64,000 nt of DNA from an uncultured Actinomycetes bacterium (GCA_963742735.1 CAVUMN010000004.1:1152001-1216000); one strand, 5' to 3'. Shown: positions 32,456 through 45,070, numbered from the stretch's first letter. Program-made: numbers and translations. Notes: a model not told the origin generated them from the letters alone.

Positions 32456-34860
32456 CCGCCAACGACGAGGTCGTCACCCTCGTGGTGGACGGCAAGGAGG
32501 TCACCGTCCCCGCCGGGACGCTGATCATCCGCGCCGCCGAGGCCCTGGGAATCGAGATCCCCCGGTTCTGCGACCACCCCCTCCTGGAGCCGGTCGCCGC
32601 GTGCCGGCAGTGCTACGTGCACGTCGAGGGCCAGCGCAAGCTCATGACGTCCTGCTCCACGCCGGTCGCGGACGGCATGGTCGTGCAGACCCAGAACACG
32701 AACGACGAGGTCAAGGACGCGCAGGAGGCGGTCCTCGAGTTCCTGCTGATCAACCACCCTCTCGACTGCCCGATCTGCGACCGGGGCGGGGAGTGCCCGC
32801 TGCAGGACCAGGCCCTCGGCTACGGCACCGGCGTGTCGCGATACGTGGAGCCGAAGCGCACCTTCAAGAAGCCGATCCCGCTTTCGCCGCTGGTGAACCT
32901 GGACCGCGAGCGCTGCGTGCTGTGCGCCCGGTGCACGCGGTTCTGCGACGAGATCTCCGGCGACCGGTTCATCGAGCTGTTCTCTCGCGGCGCGGCCGAA
33001 CAGGTCTCGATCTCGCCGGGCGAGGACTTCAAGAGCCCGTTCTCCGGCAACACCGTGCAGATCTGCCCGGTCGGCGCGCTGACCTCCACGCCCTACCGGT
33101 TCGCGGCCCGGCCGTTCGACCTGGCCTACGAGGACACGGTGTGCCCGCACTGCGCCTCCGGCTGCACGATCCGAGTCGACACCCGCCGCGGCGAGGTCGT
33201 GCGTCACCTGGCTCGCGACAACTACGACGTGAACGACGCGTGGCTGTGCGACAAGGGTCGCTACGCGTTCCGGTGGCCCGACGTCGACCGGCTGGAGCTG
33301 CCGTTGCTGCGGCGGGGAGGCGGACTGGAGCCCGCATCCTTCGAGGAGGTCTTCGAGGCCATCGGCGGGTGGGCGTCCACCGGCCGCGTGGCGATCCTGG
33401 CCGGCGGGCGCCTGTCCGACGAGAGCGCCTACGCCCTGTCCAAGCTCGCACGGATCGGCTTCGAGACGAACGACGTCGACCACCGCCAGCTCGGCTCGCC
33501 GGACCTGCCCCTGGGCGTCGAACGGGCCCACGCCGCCGGGTCCCCGGTGACCTACCGCGACGTCGAGCGTGCCAAGGCCATCGTCCTGGTGGGTCTCGAC
33601 GCCGAGAACGAGCTTCCGATCCTGCACCTTCGGATCCGCAAGGCCGTCCGCAAGACCGGCGCGAAGGTCTTCGTCGTCGGGCCGCGGCGAACCCGGCTGC
33701 ACGACGTGGCCGAGCACATCCCCAGCCTGCCCGGCGGCGAGGCCGCAGTGCTCGCCCGCATCGCCGCGGCGCAGGACGCCGACACCGCGCTCGGCCGGGC
33801 GGCCGCGGCGCTGCGCGAGGCGGGGGACGCGGGCGTGGTCCTGGCCGGGCCCCGGCTCGCCGAGTCCGCCGGCGCCGTGTCGCGGACCGTGAGCCTGGCC
33901 CAGTCCACGGGCGCGCGGTTCGCCTACCTGTGCCGCCGCGCCAACGACCGCGGCGCGCTGCGCGCCGGGCTCCACCCCGCGCTGCTTCCGGGAGGCCACG
34001 TCGTGGAGGACGACGCGGACCGGGCCGAGGTCGAGGTGGCGTGGGGCGCGCTGGTCCCGAAGCGGCCGGGACGCAACGCGGCCGCGATCCTGGAGGCCTG
34101 CGCCAACCACGAGATCGACCTGCTGTACCTGGTCGGCGTGGACCCGCTGCGCGACTTCCCCGACGAGGAGCTGGTCCGCCGGGCCCTCTCCAACGTCCGC
34201 TACAAGGTCGTCCAGGACCCGGTTCGCACGGACCTGGACATCTACGCCGACGCGATGCTCCCGGCGACCCCGTTCCTGGAGTCCGACGGGCACTACACCG
34301 ACTGGGAGGGCCGCGCGCAGCGCCTGCGCCCCGTCCGGCCCCCGGTCGGCCTGGCGCGGCCCGACTGGGAGATCTTCCAGGGCATCTCCGAGGTCCTGGG
34401 CCGCGACCTTCGGTTCGCGACGCTCGAGGCCCTCCAGGAGGAGCTCGCCGGGTTCCTCCAGCCGCGGGAGGTGACGATCACCGTCTCCGCGGGGACGGCG
34501 GACCTGGCGCTGGGGGACACCGGCGACACCCTGGCGCTGTTCACGTACCCGCTGCTGGTCGACGAGGGGCGGCTGTCCACGGGCGCCGGCGAGCTGAAGG
34601 AGGCCCTCGAGGAGCCGGCGTTCGTCGAGGTCCATCCCGAGGACGCGGGCCGGCTGGGGCTCGAGGAGGGCGAGACGGCGACCGTCGTCACCAGCCGGGG
34701 CGAGGCGACGCTCCCCGTGCGGGTCTCCGCGGCCGTCGTTCGAGGCGCCGCGTTCGTCCCGTTCAACAACCCGGGACTCGCCGCGAACACGCTCCTGAGT
34801 GGCAAGCACTACACCGCCGCGCGGATCGAGCAGCCGAACGGAACCGGGGACGAGGCCTGA
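32452..34860 (+). CDS. nuoG: NADH-quinone oxidoreductase subunit G
   Basis: IPRFCDH, CRQC, HPLDCPICDRGGECPLQ, CVLCARC and CPHCASGC. Confidence 0.97.
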
Positions 34861-36026
34861 TGGACTTCGTCGACTGGCTGTTCCTGGTCCTGCGGATCCT
34901 CGTGGTGTTCCTGGTGCTGCTCATCGCCGTGATGCTGCTGATCTGGTACGAGCGCAAGGCGGTCGCCGACATGCAGACGCGGATCGGTCCGAAGCGAGCC
35001 GGCCCGGCCGGGATCCTCATCTCGATCGCGGACGGCATCAAGCTGTTCTTCAAGGAGGGGTTCACGCCCACGGCCGCGGACCGCCCGGTGTTCATCCTGG
35101 CCCCGATCCTGTCGCTCGTCCCGGCCTTCCTGGCCTTTGCGGTGATCCCGTTCGGGACGGGAGTCCACCTGTTCGGACGTGACATCCCGTTCCAGATCGC
35201 CGACCTGAACGTCGGGGTGCTGTGGATCCTGGCGATGAGCTCCCTGGCCGTCTACGGGATCGTCCTGGCCGGCTGGTCGAGCGGCTCGCACTACCCGCTG
35301 TTCGGCTCGATCCGCTCGTCCGCACAGATGATCAGCTACGAGGTCGGCATGAGCCTGGGGCTCATCGCCGTCCTGATGTACTCGGGGACGCTCTCGATGA
35401 GCGAGATCGTGGAGTTCCAGGCCCGACACTTCGAGGCCACGGGCCTGGGATGGATGGCCCGGTGGAACATCATCGCCCAGTTCCCAGCCTTCGTGATCTT
35501 CATGACCGCGGCGATGGCCGAGACCAACCGCCACCCGTTCGACCTCCCCGAGGCCGAGAGCGAGCTGGTCGCCGGCTACAACACCGAATACACCGGCATC
35601 AAGTTCGCCATGTTCTTCCTGGCCGAGTACCTGCACATGATCACGGTCTCGGCGGTCGCGGTGACGTTGTTCCTGGGCGGGTGGCACGGGCCGCAGTTCG
35701 ACGCGGTGCCCTGGTTGTGGCCGCTGCTGTGGTTCCTGGTGAAGCTCTTCGTCGTCCTGTTCCTCTTCATCTGGATCCGGGCGACCCTGCCCCGGTTCCG
35801 CTACGACCGCCTGATGCGCCTGGGGTGGAAGGTCCTGATCCCGGTGGGGCTGTTCTGGGTCCTGGCGACGGGGGCGATCGTCGTCCTTCCCGACGTCTAC
35901 GGACCGAACGCCTTCCGCGTCGGGCTGTACGTGATCGGCGGCGCGCTGCTGCTGATCTACGTGGTCGCGCCGGTGTTCGTTCGCAAGCCCGAGTCGGCGG
36001 AGGCTCCGCAGGAGGCGCCGCGATGA
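34860..36026 (+). CDS. nuoH: NADH-quinone oxidoreductase subunit H
   Basis: [30 protein letters not shown] and PRFRYD. Confidence 0.97.
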   Translation: MDFVDWLFLVLRILVVFLVLLIAVMLLIWYERKAVADMQTRIGPKRAGPAGILISIADGIKLFFKEGFTPTAADRPVFILAPILSLVPAFLAFAVIPFGTGVHLFGRDIPFQIADLNVGVLWILAMSSLAVYGIVLAGWSSGSHYPLFGSIRSSAQMISYEVGMSLGLIAVLMYSGTLSMSEIVEFQARHFEATGLGWMARWNIIAQFPAFVIFMTAAMAETNRHPFDLPEAESELVAGYNTEYTGIKFAMFFLAEYLHMITVSAVAVTLFLGGWHGPQFDAVPWLWPLLWFLVKLFVVLFLFIWIRATLPRFRYDRLMRLGWKVLIPVGLFWVLATGAIVVLPDVYGPNAFRVGLYVIGGALLLIYVVAPVFVRKPESAEAPQEAPR

Positions 36027-36481
36027 TCGCGCTCCTCAAGGGCATGTGGACGACGTTCAAGCAGATCTTCCGCCGGAACGTCACCACGCAGTACCCGAAG
36101 GAGATCCCGGACCTGCCCGAGCGCTCGCACATCGGGCGCCACCTGCTGAATCGCCACCCCGACGGCCGCGAGAAGTGCATCGGGTGCGAGCTGTGCGCGT
36201 ACGCGTGCCCGGCCGACGCGATCTACGTCCAGGGCGAGGACAACGACCCCGACAAGCCGATCTCGGTCGGGGAGCGGTACGCGTCGGTGTACCAGATCAA
36301 CTACCTGCGCTGCATCATGTGCGGCCTCTGCGTCGAGGCCTGCCCCACCCGAGCCCTGACCCTCACCCCGAACTTCGAGCTCGCGTTCCTCACCCGCGAG
36401 GACGCGATCATGGAGAAGGACCAGCTCCTCACCCCGCCCCCAGCCCTGGGCACCGCCCCGGGCACGGACCAGGGGAGGTAG
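36023..36481 (+). CDS. nuoI: NADH-quinone oxidoreductase subunit I
   Basis: [12 protein letters not shown] and [12 protein letters not shown]. Confidence 0.97.
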   Translation: MIALLKGMWTTFKQIFRRNVTTQYPKEIPDLPERSHIGRHLLNRHPDGREKCIGCELCAYACPADAIYVQGEDNDPDKPISVGERYASVYQINYLRCIMCGLCVEACPTRALTLTPNFELAFLTREDAIMEKDQLLTPPPALGTAPGTDQGR

Positions 36482-36483
36482 CG

Positions 36484-37049
<566 letters not shown>

Positions 37050-37053
<4 letters not shown>

Positions 37054-37355
37054 AGACCCCGATCGCCTACTACCTGATCCTGTCCGGGGTCCTGTTCGCG
37101 ATCGGGACCGTCGGCGTCCTGGTGCGCAAGAACGCGCTGATCATCTTCATGTCCGTCGAGCTCCAGCTGAACGCCGTGAACCTGAGCCTGGTCGCGTTCT
37201 CGCGGCAGCTGGGGAACCTGAACGGACAGGTCCTGGCGTTCTTCTCGATGGTAGTGGCCGCGGCCGAGGTGGTGGTCGGCCTGGCGATCATCGTGTCGAT
37301 CTTCCGCCAGCGGCAGAGCGTGGACGTGGACGACGTTTCGGTCCTTCGCGGATGA
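37050..37355 (+). CDS. nuoK: NADH-quinone oxidoreductase subunit K
   Basis: [13 protein letters not shown] and [11 protein letters not shown]. Confidence 0.96.
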
Positions 37356-39226
37356 AGCTCGTCTGGCTCGTGCCCGCGCTTCCCCTCGCCGGCTCGGCGG
37401 CGCTCCTCCTGTTCGGCAAGCGCCTCCGGGCGGTTGCCGGCGGGCTCGCGTCGGCGACGGTGGCGGCCTCCTTCGTCATCGCCGTGGTGGTCCTGCTGGA
37501 CCTGATGGGCCTCGAGGGGCACAACCGCGTGTACGTCCACGGGCTGTGGGACTGGCTGGTGGCCGGCTCGCTGCGGGTGCCGATCGAGCTCCGCGTCGAC
37601 ACGCTGTCGATGGTGATGGTCCTCACCGTCACCGGGGTCGGCTTCCTGATCCACGTCTACTCGATGGACTACATGCACGGCGACCCGCGGTACACGCGGT
37701 TCTTCGCCTACCTGAACCTGTTCGTGTTCTTCATGCTCACGCTGGTCCTGGCGAACAACTTCGTCCTCATGTACGTCGGGTGGGAGGGCGTGGGTCTCTG
37801 CTCGTACCTGCTGATCTCGTTCTGGTTCGAGAAGAAGTCTGCCGCGGACGCCGGGAAGAAGGCGTTCATCGTCACCCGCATCGGCGACACCGGGATGCTG
37901 ATCGGGATCCTGCTGTTGTTCGGACAGGTGGGCACGCTGGACTTCGACGGCGCGTTCGCACTGGCGGGGTCGCTGCCCGACGGCACGGCGACGGCGATCG
38001 CGCTGCTGCTGTTCGCCGGCGCGGTCGGCAAGTCGGCCCAGCTGCCGCTGTCGAACTGGCTGCCCGACGCGATGGAGGGCCCCACGCCGGTCTCGGCCCT
38101 GATCCACGCGGCGACCATGGTCACCGCCGGCGTCTACCTGGTCGTCCGCGCCCACCCGATCTTCGAGGCGTCGCCCGTGGCGCTGGACGTGGTGGCGATC
38201 GTCGGCACCATCACCGCGGTGTACGCGGCGACCGCCGCCCTGGGCCAGGACGACCTGAAACGGGTCCTCGCGTACTCGACGATCAGTCAGCTGGGGTTCA
38301 TGTTCCTGGCAGCCGGCGTCGGCGCGTACACGGTGGCGATCTTCCATCTGGTGTCGCACGCGTTCTTCAAGGCCCTGCTGTTCCTGGGCGCGGGGAGCGT
38401 CATGCACGCCACGGACGGCGAGATCGACGTTCGGCGGCTCGGCGGCCTTCGAAGAGAGATGCCGGTCACGGCCTGGACGTTCGTGATCGGCGCGCTGGCC
38501 CTGGCGGGGCTCCCGCCGCTGGCGGGATTCTTCAGCAAGGACCAGATCCTGGCCTCGGCCTACGAGGGGGGACGGATCGCCCTGTGGATCACCGCCCTCG
38601 TGGCCGCGGCGTTCACCGCGTTCTACATCGCCCGGGCGACGCTGCTGACCTTCTTCGGCGAGCCCCGCCATCAGAAGCACCCGCACGAGTCGCCGGTGCT
38701 GATGACGGCGCCGCTCATGGTCTTGGCCGCGCTGACGGTCCTCGGCGGGCTGCTCGGCCTGTCCGCCACCGACGGCGTGATCGCCAGGTTCCTCGGCGAG
38801 GGGTTCGCGGGGGCCGAGCACTCCGCGGCGTCGGGCCTCTCCGAGCTCGCGCTCGGGCTGATCGCCACCGGCCTGTCGGCAACGGCCCTCGTCTTCGGCT
38901 GGTACGTGTACGGCTCGGGGCGCGTGGACTGGACGGTCCTGCGCGAGCAGGTCGGCCCGCTGCACACCGCCATGGCGCGGGGATGGTTCCTGGACGACGT
39001 CTACGACCGGCTGATCGTCGTCCCCGGCAAGGCCCTGACCTCGGCCCTCTCCCGCGGCGTGGACCAGGGCGTGATCGACCGCTCCATCGTCGGGATCGGC
39101 CACGCGTTCGCCGGACTCGCCCGGGTGGGCCGGCGCGTCCAGACGGGCTTCGTCCGTTCCTACGCGCTGGTGTTCCTGCTCGGCGCGGTGAGCCTGCTCC
39201 TCTATCTCTCGGCGCGGTTCCGATGA
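37352..39226 (+). CDS. nuoL: NADH-quinone oxidoreductase subunit L
   Basis: [40 protein letters not shown] and [10 protein letters not shown]. Confidence 0.97.
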   Translation: MKLVWLVPALPLAGSAALLLFGKRLRAVAGGLASATVAASFVIAVVVLLDLMGLEGHNRVYVHGLWDWLVAGSLRVPIELRVDTLSMVMVLTVTGVGFLIHVYSMDYMHGDPRYTRFFAYLNLFVFFMLTLVLANNFVLMYVGWEGVGLCSYLLISFWFEKKSAADAGKKAFIVTRIGDTGMLIGILLLFGQVGTLDFDGAFALAGSLPDGTATAIALLLFAGAVGKSAQLPLSNWLPDAMEGPTPVSALIHAATMVTAGVYLVVRAHPIFEASPVALDVVAIVGTITAVYAATAALGQDDLKRVLAYSTISQLGFMFLAAGVGAYTVAIFHLVSHAFFKALLFLGAGSVMHATDGEIDVRRLGGLRREMPVTAWTFVIGALALAGLPPLAGFFSKDQILASAYEGGRIALWITALVAAAFTAFYIARATLLTFFGEPRHQKHPHESPVLMTAPLMVLAALTVLGGLLGLSATDGVIARFLGEGFAGAEHSAASGLSELALGLIATGLSATALVFGWYVYGSGRVDWTVLREQVGPLHTAMARGWFLDDVYDRLIVVPGKALTSALSRGVDQGVIDRSIVGIGHAFAGLARVGRRVQTGFVRSYALVFLLGAVSLLLYLSARFR

Positions 39227-40722
39227 AGGTCTTCCCCTGGCTCTCGGCCGTGACGTTCGCGCCCCTGATCGGCGCGGCGGTCCTGGCCGTCCTGCCGAAG
39301 GGCCGCGACGCGCTGTACCGCTGGGTGGCGCTGGTGGCCTCCGTGGTCACGTTCGTCATCGCCGTGGGCCTGCTCGGCGCCTACGACGAGGGCGTCCGCG
39401 GCTTCCAGCTCATCGAGCGGGCGGTGTGGGTCGACTCTCTGAACCTGCGCTACTCGCTCGGCGTGGACGGCATCAGCCTGTTCATGGTCCTGCTGACGGC
39501 GTTCCTGATGCCGCTGTCCATCCTGGCGTCGTGGAAGGTCGAGCGCAGCGTCCGCTACTTCATGATCGCGCTGCTCGTCCTGGAGACGGCGATGGTCGGC
39601 AGCTTCCTGGCTCTGGACCTGCTGCTGTTCTTCGTCTTCTTCGAGGCGCTGCTGTTCCCGATGTACCTGATCATCGGGGGGTGGGGCGGCGAGCGCCGGA
39701 TCTACGCGGCGCTCAAGTTCTTCCTCTACACGATGGCGGGGTCGGCCTTCCTGCTCGTCGCGATCCTGTTCCTGTACTTCCGGGCCGAGCCGAACACGTT
39801 CGACCTGGTCGAGCTCCAGGGGCTGGCCCTGCCCGCGGTTACCTCCCGGTGGCTGTTCCTGGCGTTCTTCGTGGCGTTCGCGGTGAAGGTCCCGCTGTTC
39901 CCGCTGCACACCTGGCTTCCCGACGCGCACACCGAGGCCCCCACGGCCGGCTCGGTGATCCTGGCCGCCGTCCTGCTGAAGATCGGCGCGTACGGGCTCA
40001 TCCGGTTCAACCTGACCCTGTTCCCGGAGGCTTCGCGGTACTTCCGCGTGTTCGTGATGGTCCTGGCGGTGATCGGGATCGTGTACGGGGCGATCGTCGC
40101 CCTCGGCCAGCGCGACGTGAAACGCCTCGTCGCGTACTCGAGCGTCTCCCACCTGGGGTTCGTGATCCTCGGCATCTTCGCGTTCACGCCCGAGGGGATG
40201 ACCGGCGGCGTGATCCAGATGGTCAACCACGGCCTGTCGACCGGCGCGCTGTTCCTGCTGGTCGGGATGCTCTATGAGCGGACGCACACCCGGGACATGG
40301 ACGCCCTCGGCGGCCTGGGCACCGTGACGCCGGTGCTGGCCGGGTTCCTGCTCGTAGTCGCGCTGTCGTCGCTGGCCCTGCCCGGCCTGAACGGGTTCGT
40401 CGGGGAGTTCCTGGTGTTCGTCGGGACGTTCCCCGTGCACCAGGCCCTCACGGTGGTGGCCACGGCCGGCGTGGTGCTCTCGGCGCTGTACCTGCTTTGG
40501 TCGTTCCAGCGGATCATGCACGGACCGGCGCGCGAGTCGGTGCGGCACCCGGACCTGACGCTGCGCGAGTACGCCATCCTGGTTCCGATCGTCGCCGCCA
40601 TCGTGTTCGTCGGGGTGTACCCGAAGCCGCTGCTCGAACGGATCGACTCCTCGGTCGTGGACACCGCGAAGATCGTCCGGCAGGTCGAGACCTCGACGGT
40701 CCTCGGCTCGGAGGCGCCCTGA
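39223..40722 (+). CDS. nuoM: NADH-quinone oxidoreductase subunit M
   Basis: VKVPLFPLHTWLPDAHTEAPT and KRLVAYSSVSH. Confidence 0.97.
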   Translation: MKVFPWLSAVTFAPLIGAAVLAVLPKGRDALYRWVALVASVVTFVIAVGLLGAYDEGVRGFQLIERAVWVDSLNLRYSLGVDGISLFMVLLTAFLMPLSILASWKVERSVRYFMIALLVLETAMVGSFLALDLLLFFVFFEALLFPMYLIIGGWGGERRIYAALKFFLYTMAGSAFLLVAILFLYFRAEPNTFDLVELQGLALPAVTSRWLFLAFFVAFAVKVPLFPLHTWLPDAHTEAPTAGSVILAAVLLKIGAYGLIRFNLTLFPEASRYFRVFVMVLAVIGIVYGAIVALGQRDVKRLVAYSSVSHLGFVILGIFAFTPEGMTGGVIQMVNHGLSTGALFLLVGMLYERTHTRDMDALGGLGTVTPVLAGFLLVVALSSLALPGLNGFVGEFLVFVGTFPVHQALTVVATAGVVLSALYLLWSFQRIMHGPARESVRHPDLTLREYAILVPIVAAIVFVGVYPKPLLERIDSSVVDTAKIVRQVETSTVLGSEAP

Positions 40723-42182
40723 TGCCGATCCCGGCCCCCAGCCTCGACCTGATCCCGGTCATGCCGGAGATCGTGCTCGCGGGCATCGCCCTGCTCCTGC
40801 TGGTCGGGGAGGCCACGGCCCGGCGGGCCGACACGCGGATGGTCGGGGCCGTGGTGGGTCTGCTGGCGATCGCCGGCGCGGCGTACGCGTCCGTGCAGCT
40901 GTGGGACCGGGAGAGCGAGGCGACCGTCCTCGGCGGCATGATCACCGCGGATCGGTTCGCCGTGTTCTTCCGCCTGCTGGTGCTCGGCGTCACCGCCGTC
41001 GCGATCGGGTTCGCCCACCACTACTTTCGGCGGACCCCCGAGGACTACCGCAGCGAGTTCTATCCGCTGCTGCTGCTCGCGGCGACGGGGATGACCCTGC
41101 TCGTGTCGGCGGGGGACCTGCTCATCGTGTTCCTGGCCCTGGAGCTGCTGTCCCTGGCCCTCTACATCCTGGCCGGGTTCTCGGTGGGGCGGCCCACCTC
41201 CCAGGAGGGGTCGATGAAGTACTTCCTGCTGGGGGCGTTCTCCTCGGCGTTCCTTCTGTACGGGGTGGCGATGGCGTACGGGGCCACCGGCACGACCTCG
41301 TTGACCGGCATCGCCCAGGACCTGGCGGGGGCCACGGGGACCCCCGCCCTGGCCCTGGTCTCGATCGGCTTGCTCGCGGTGGGCCTCGGGTTCAAGGTCG
41401 CCGCGGTGCCGTTCCACATGTGGACGCCCGACGTGTACCAGGGCGCGCCGACGCCCGTGACCGCGTTCATGTCGGCCGGGACGAAGATCGCCGGGTTCGC
41501 CGCGCTCCTGCGGGTGTTCATGGTCGCGTTCCACCCACTGCAGTGGGACTGGGTCCCGTTCGTCTACGCCCTGGCCGCGCTCACGATGCTGGTGGGCAGC
41601 GTGCTGGCCATCGCCCAGTCCGACGTGAAGCGGATGCTGGCCTACTCGAGCATCGCCCACGCCGGGTTCATCCTGGTCGGCGTCTCCGCCTCGAGCCAGG
41701 AGGGCATCTCCGGGGCGATGTTCTACCTGGTGGCGTACGCGGCGATGATCCTCGGCGCGTTCGGGATCGTGATGCTCGTGTCCGGCCGGGGAGAGGAGCG
41801 CACCGGCCTGTCGGCCTACGCCGGCCTGGCCGAGCGGAGCCCCGCCCTGGCGGCGCTGCTCGCGCTGTTCCTGCTTTCGCTGGCCGGGCTCCCCCCGACG
41901 GCGGGGTTCATCGCCAAGGTGACGGTGTTCAACGCCGCCATCCAGGCCGGGCACTGGCCGCTGGCCCTCGTGGCGGTGCTCTCGAGCGTGATCGCCGCGT
42001 TCTTCTACATCCGCGTGATCGTCCTGATGTACATGGAGCAGCCCGAGGAGTCCTCGGGCCTGATCACCACCGCGCCGGCGGCGATCGCCCTGGCCCCGGT
42101 AGCGATCCTCACGCTCGTCCTCGGCGTCTTCCCCTCCGTGCTCTTCGACATCCTGGAGAGCGCCGCGGTGCTCCAACTGTGA
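40722..42182 (+). CDS. nuoN: NADH-quinone oxidoreductase subunit N
   Basis: FKVAAVPFHMWTPDVYQGAP and KRMLAYSSIAH. Confidence 0.97.
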   Translation: MPIPAPSLDLIPVMPEIVLAGIALLLLVGEATARRADTRMVGAVVGLLAIAGAAYASVQLWDRESEATVLGGMITADRFAVFFRLLVLGVTAVAIGFAHHYFRRTPEDYRSEFYPLLLLAATGMTLLVSAGDLLIVFLALELLSLALYILAGFSVGRPTSQEGSMKYFLLGAFSSAFLLYGVAMAYGATGTTSLTGIAQDLAGATGTPALALVSIGLLAVGLGFKVAAVPFHMWTPDVYQGAPTPVTAFMSAGTKIAGFAALLRVFMVAFHPLQWDWVPFVYALAALTMLVGSVLAIAQSDVKRMLAYSSIAHAGFILVGVSASSQEGISGAMFYLVAYAAMILGAFGIVMLVSGRGEERTGLSAYAGLAERSPALAALLALFLLSLAGLPPTAGFIAKVTVFNAAIQAGHWPLALVAVLSSVIAAFFYIRVIVLMYMEQPEESSGLITTAPAAIALAPVAILTLVLGVFPSVLFDILESAAVLQL

Positions 42183-42204
42183 ACGGGCTAGGTACGATCG
42201 AGCC

Positions 42205-43212
42205 ATGACCCGGTCGGTTCACCAGGGCCTGCTCATCCCCGACCCTGCGCTGGAGGCGGAGGTCGAGCGTCGCCTGGACGAGGTCGAGGAGATGCTCCAG
42301 AAGGTCGTCCGCTCGGACACGGCGTTCATGTCCGAGACGGCGGCGTACCTCCTGGACGCGGGCGGCAAGCGGTTCCGGCCGATGCTCGTGCTGCTGGCGG
42401 GCCAGTTCGGCGACCCGGCCGACTCCCGGCTGGTGCGCACGGCCGTCGCCGTCGAGCTCACCCACGTGGCGACGCTGTACCACGACGACGTCATCGACGA
42501 GGCCGATCACCGCCGCGGCATCGAGTCGGTGAACCATCGCTGGGACAACACGGTGGCGATCCTGGCGGGGGACTACCTGTTCGCGAAGGCCTCGGAGCTC
42601 GCCGCCGAGCTCGGCTCGGAGGTGTCGAGGCTGCTCGCCCGCACGATCGCCACGCTCTGCGACGGCCAGATCCGCGAGGTCCAGGGCGCCGGGCGCCTCG
42701 ATGGGGCCGTCGAGGGCTACATGGAGACGATCCGGCGCAAGACGGCCGCCCTCATCGCCACGTCGTGCCGGATGGGGGCCCAGATGTCCGACGCCGACGC
42801 CGAGACCGCCGACCGGCTCGACGCTTTCGGCGAAGCGCTCGGGGTCGCGTTCCAGCTCTCCGACGACATCATGGACGTGATCGCCACCGAGGCCGACCTG
42901 GGCAAGGACCCCGGCGTCGACCTCAAGGAGGGCGTTTACACGCTTCCGGTGATCTACGCGATGGAGCGCAGCGAGCGGGGGCCGGAGCTGCGGGCCCTGC
43001 TCGAGGCGGGTCCACCCGAGGGCGAACGCCTGGCCGCCTCGCTGGCGCTGGTGCGCAGCGACGCGGCGCTCGGGCCGTCTCGCGACGCCGTGACCGAGCA
43101 CGTGCGCCGGGCCGTGCGGGCCATCGAACCCCTGCCGGACGGGCCGGCGCGCGAGGCCCTGGTACACCTCGCGACGTTCCTGGCCACGCGGTGCGGCGCC
43201 CTCGCCCCCTGA
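42205..43212 (+). CDS. Polyprenyl diphosphate synthase (menaquinone side chain)
   Basis: GGKRFRP, HDDVIDEA..RRG and FQLSDDIMD; TACGAT 6 nt before ATG. Confidence 0.93.
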   Translation: MTRSVHQGLLIPDPALEAEVERRLDEVEEMLQKVVRSDTAFMSETAAYLLDAGGKRFRPMLVLLAGQFGDPADSRLVRTAVAVELTHVATLYHDDVIDEADHRRGIESVNHRWDNTVAILAGDYLFAKASELAAELGSEVSRLLARTIATLCDGQIREVQGAGRLDGAVEGYMETIRRKTAALIATSCRMGAQMSDADAETADRLDAFGEALGVAFQLSDDIMDVIATEADLGKDPGVDLKEGVYTLPVIYAMERSERGPELRALLEAGPPEGERLAASLALVRSDAALGPSRDAVTEHVRRAVRAIEPLPDGPAREALVHLATFLATRCGALAP

Positions 43213-43214
43213 GC

Positions 43215-43610
43215 GTGCGCCCCCGCGTCCTCGCGGCGATCCTGCTGCTGGCCTCCGTCTCGCTGGGCGCTTGCGACTCCGAGCCGCCCCCGGCCCCCGA
43301 CCGCAAGGAGGACCGGTGGCTCGCCGCCGTCGACGGCCTGTGCGGGGCCCTGACCAGCGCCCAGGAGCCCGAGGCCTCCCAGCAGGCGTTCTACGACCGC
43401 TCCCATATGACCCTGCACGAGATCGCCGCCGAGCTCCAGTCGGTCGATCGCGCCGCGACGGCCGCGCTCCTGGAGGCCAAGAACCGCGTCGAGTCCGACT
43501 ACCGCGCGGGGGCGTCTCCCTCCGAGCTCGAGGCGGACCTGAGCCGGCTCATCACGTCGACCGTCGAGGGCCTGCGCGCCATGGACGTCGAGTCACCGGG
43601 GTGCGCGTGA
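43215..43610 (+). CDS. Small helical lipoprotein of unknown function
   Basis: Lipobox LGAC; FYDRSHMTLHEIA His pair. Confidence 0.7.
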   Translation: MRPRVLAAILLLASVSLGACDSEPPPAPDRKEDRWLAAVDGLCGALTSAQEPEASQQAFYDRSHMTLHEIAAELQSVDRAATAALLEAKNRVESDYRAGASPSELEADLSRLITSTVEGLRAMDVESPGCA

Positions 43611-43637
43611 TCGGGCGCCGTGTCGGATGATCAGCCC

Positions 43638-44615
43638 GTGACCCGACCGCGCCTGCTCCCGCTCCTGCTGGCCGCCGCCCTGTTCGCCGCGGCCTGCGAC
43701 GGCGGCGACGGGCAGGAGCCGAGCCCCTCGCCGGAGCTCAAATACTTCGCCTCGGTGGCGAGCTACGACCTGGCCGCCGACGGGCCGAACCGGGTGATGG
43801 TGGGCCTCTCCGCGTCCGACGGACGCCTCATCTCCTTCGGGTCGGTCCGGTTCGAGTTCTCGTTCCTGGGGGCGACGGCCGCGGCAGGGCCGGCCGAGCC
43901 CGGTCCCTCGGCGGAGGCCGCGTTCCTTCCGGTCCCGGGCGACGTGACCTCGGGGGAGGGCGGAACCGAGCCCGTGCTGACCTCGGCGTCCGAGGCGCGC
44001 GGGGTCTACGTCGCGCAGGAGGTGGACTTCGGGAAGCCCGGGATCTGGCACGTGGACGTCCGGCTGGACCTGGCCGGAGATGCGCGCTCGATCGGCACCG
44101 ACTTCGGGGTGGTGCCCCGGCCGGAGGTCCCCGCGGTGGGCGAGCCGGCCCTCAAGACCAAGAACCACCTCCCGGGGGAGACGGGGATCCCCCTCACGGC
44201 GATCGACTCCGGGGCCCAGGACGGCACGCTGACGGATCCACAGCTGCACCGGGAGACCGTCGCCCAGGCCATCGCCGCCCGCCGGCCGGCGCTGGTGATC
44301 TTCTCGACCCCGGTGTGGTGCGTCAGCAAGTTCTGCGGCCCGGTCACCGAGGTCGTCGCGCAGATGGCCACCGAGCACCAGGGCGACGCCGCCTTCATCC
44401 ACGTGGAGGTCTGGAAGGACTTCCAGAACACGGTCGTGAACAAGGCGGCCGCCGACTGGCTGCTCATCGAGAACCCCGGGCAGCCGCCGCAGCTCCAGGA
44501 GCCCTGGCTGTTCCTGATCGGCCGGAACGGCCGGATCCTGGCGCGCTGGGACAACGTGTTCGACCCCGCCGAGGTCGTCGAGGCCCTCGGGGACGCCACG
44601 AACGAGCCCGCCTGA
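43638..44615 (+). CDS. Lipoprotein with C-terminal thioredoxin-like fold
   Basis: Lipobox AAAC; FSTPVWCVSKFCGP, FIHVEVW and EPWLFLIGRNG. Confidence 0.8.
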   Translation: MTRPRLLPLLLAAALFAAACDGGDGQEPSPSPELKYFASVASYDLAADGPNRVMVGLSASDGRLISFGSVRFEFSFLGATAAAGPAEPGPSAEAAFLPVPGDVTSGEGGTEPVLTSASEARGVYVAQEVDFGKPGIWHVDVRLDLAGDARSIGTDFGVVPRPEVPAVGEPALKTKNHLPGETGIPLTAIDSGAQDGTLTDPQLHRETVAQAIAARRPALVIFSTPVWCVSKFCGPVTEVVAQMATEHQGDAAFIHVEVWKDFQNTVVNKAAADWLLIENPGQPPQLQEPWLFLIGRNGRILARWDNVFDPAEVVEALGDATNEPA

Positions 44616-44647
44616 GCGCGGCCGGATTCGGCGGCGTGCACCCCCGC

Positions 44648-44683
44648 TGATAGAATCCGCGCCGCTTGGGAAATCGTTCACAA
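44648..44683 (+). promoter_or_regulatory. Extended -10 promoter and Rex operator of the second nuo operon
   Basis: TGnTAGAAT at 44648-44656; TTGGGAAATCGTTCACAA at 44666-44683 (one mismatch to consensus). Confidence 0.8.
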
Positions 44684-44701
44684 GCGAACGGAAAGCGCGC
44701 A

Positions 44702-45070
44702 TTGTCGAACGAATACTTCGAGTCCTACAGCACGCTGATCGGCCTCGCCGTTGCGGGCGTGGGGCTGGTGGCCGCGGCGATCATTGCCGCGCGGATCATC
44801 GCCCCCCGGCGGCAGATCCCCGAGAAGCTCACCACCTACGAGTGCGGGATCGACCCCGTCGGTGAGGGGTGGAGCCAGAGCCAGATCCGCTACTACATCT
44901 ACGCGTTCCTGTTCGTGATCTTCGACGTGGAGAGCGTGTTCCTGTTCCCCTGGGCCGTGGTGTTCGAGGACCTGGGGGTCCAGGCGGTGGTCGAGATGGC
45001 CATCTTCATCGGCATCCTGGCACTCGGGCTGGTCTACGCATGGCGCAAGGGGGTGCTGAAGTGGGTTTGA
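44702..45070 (+). CDS. nuoA: Complex I-like subunit A (second copy)
   Basis: [11 protein letters not shown] and [15 protein letters not shown]; TTG start chosen downstream of the Rex site. Confidence 0.93.
   Translation: MSNEYFESYSTLIGLAVAGVGLVAAAIIAARIIAPRRQIPEKLTTYECGIDPVGEGWSQSQIRYYIYAFLFVIFDVESVFLFPWAVVFEDLGVQAVVEMAIFIGILALGLVYAWRKGVLKWV

Noticed and set aside
44666-44701. ORF-track start of the second nuoA at TTG 44666
   Set aside because: That TTG is the first bases of the Rex operator; TTG 44702 gives a normal-length NuoA
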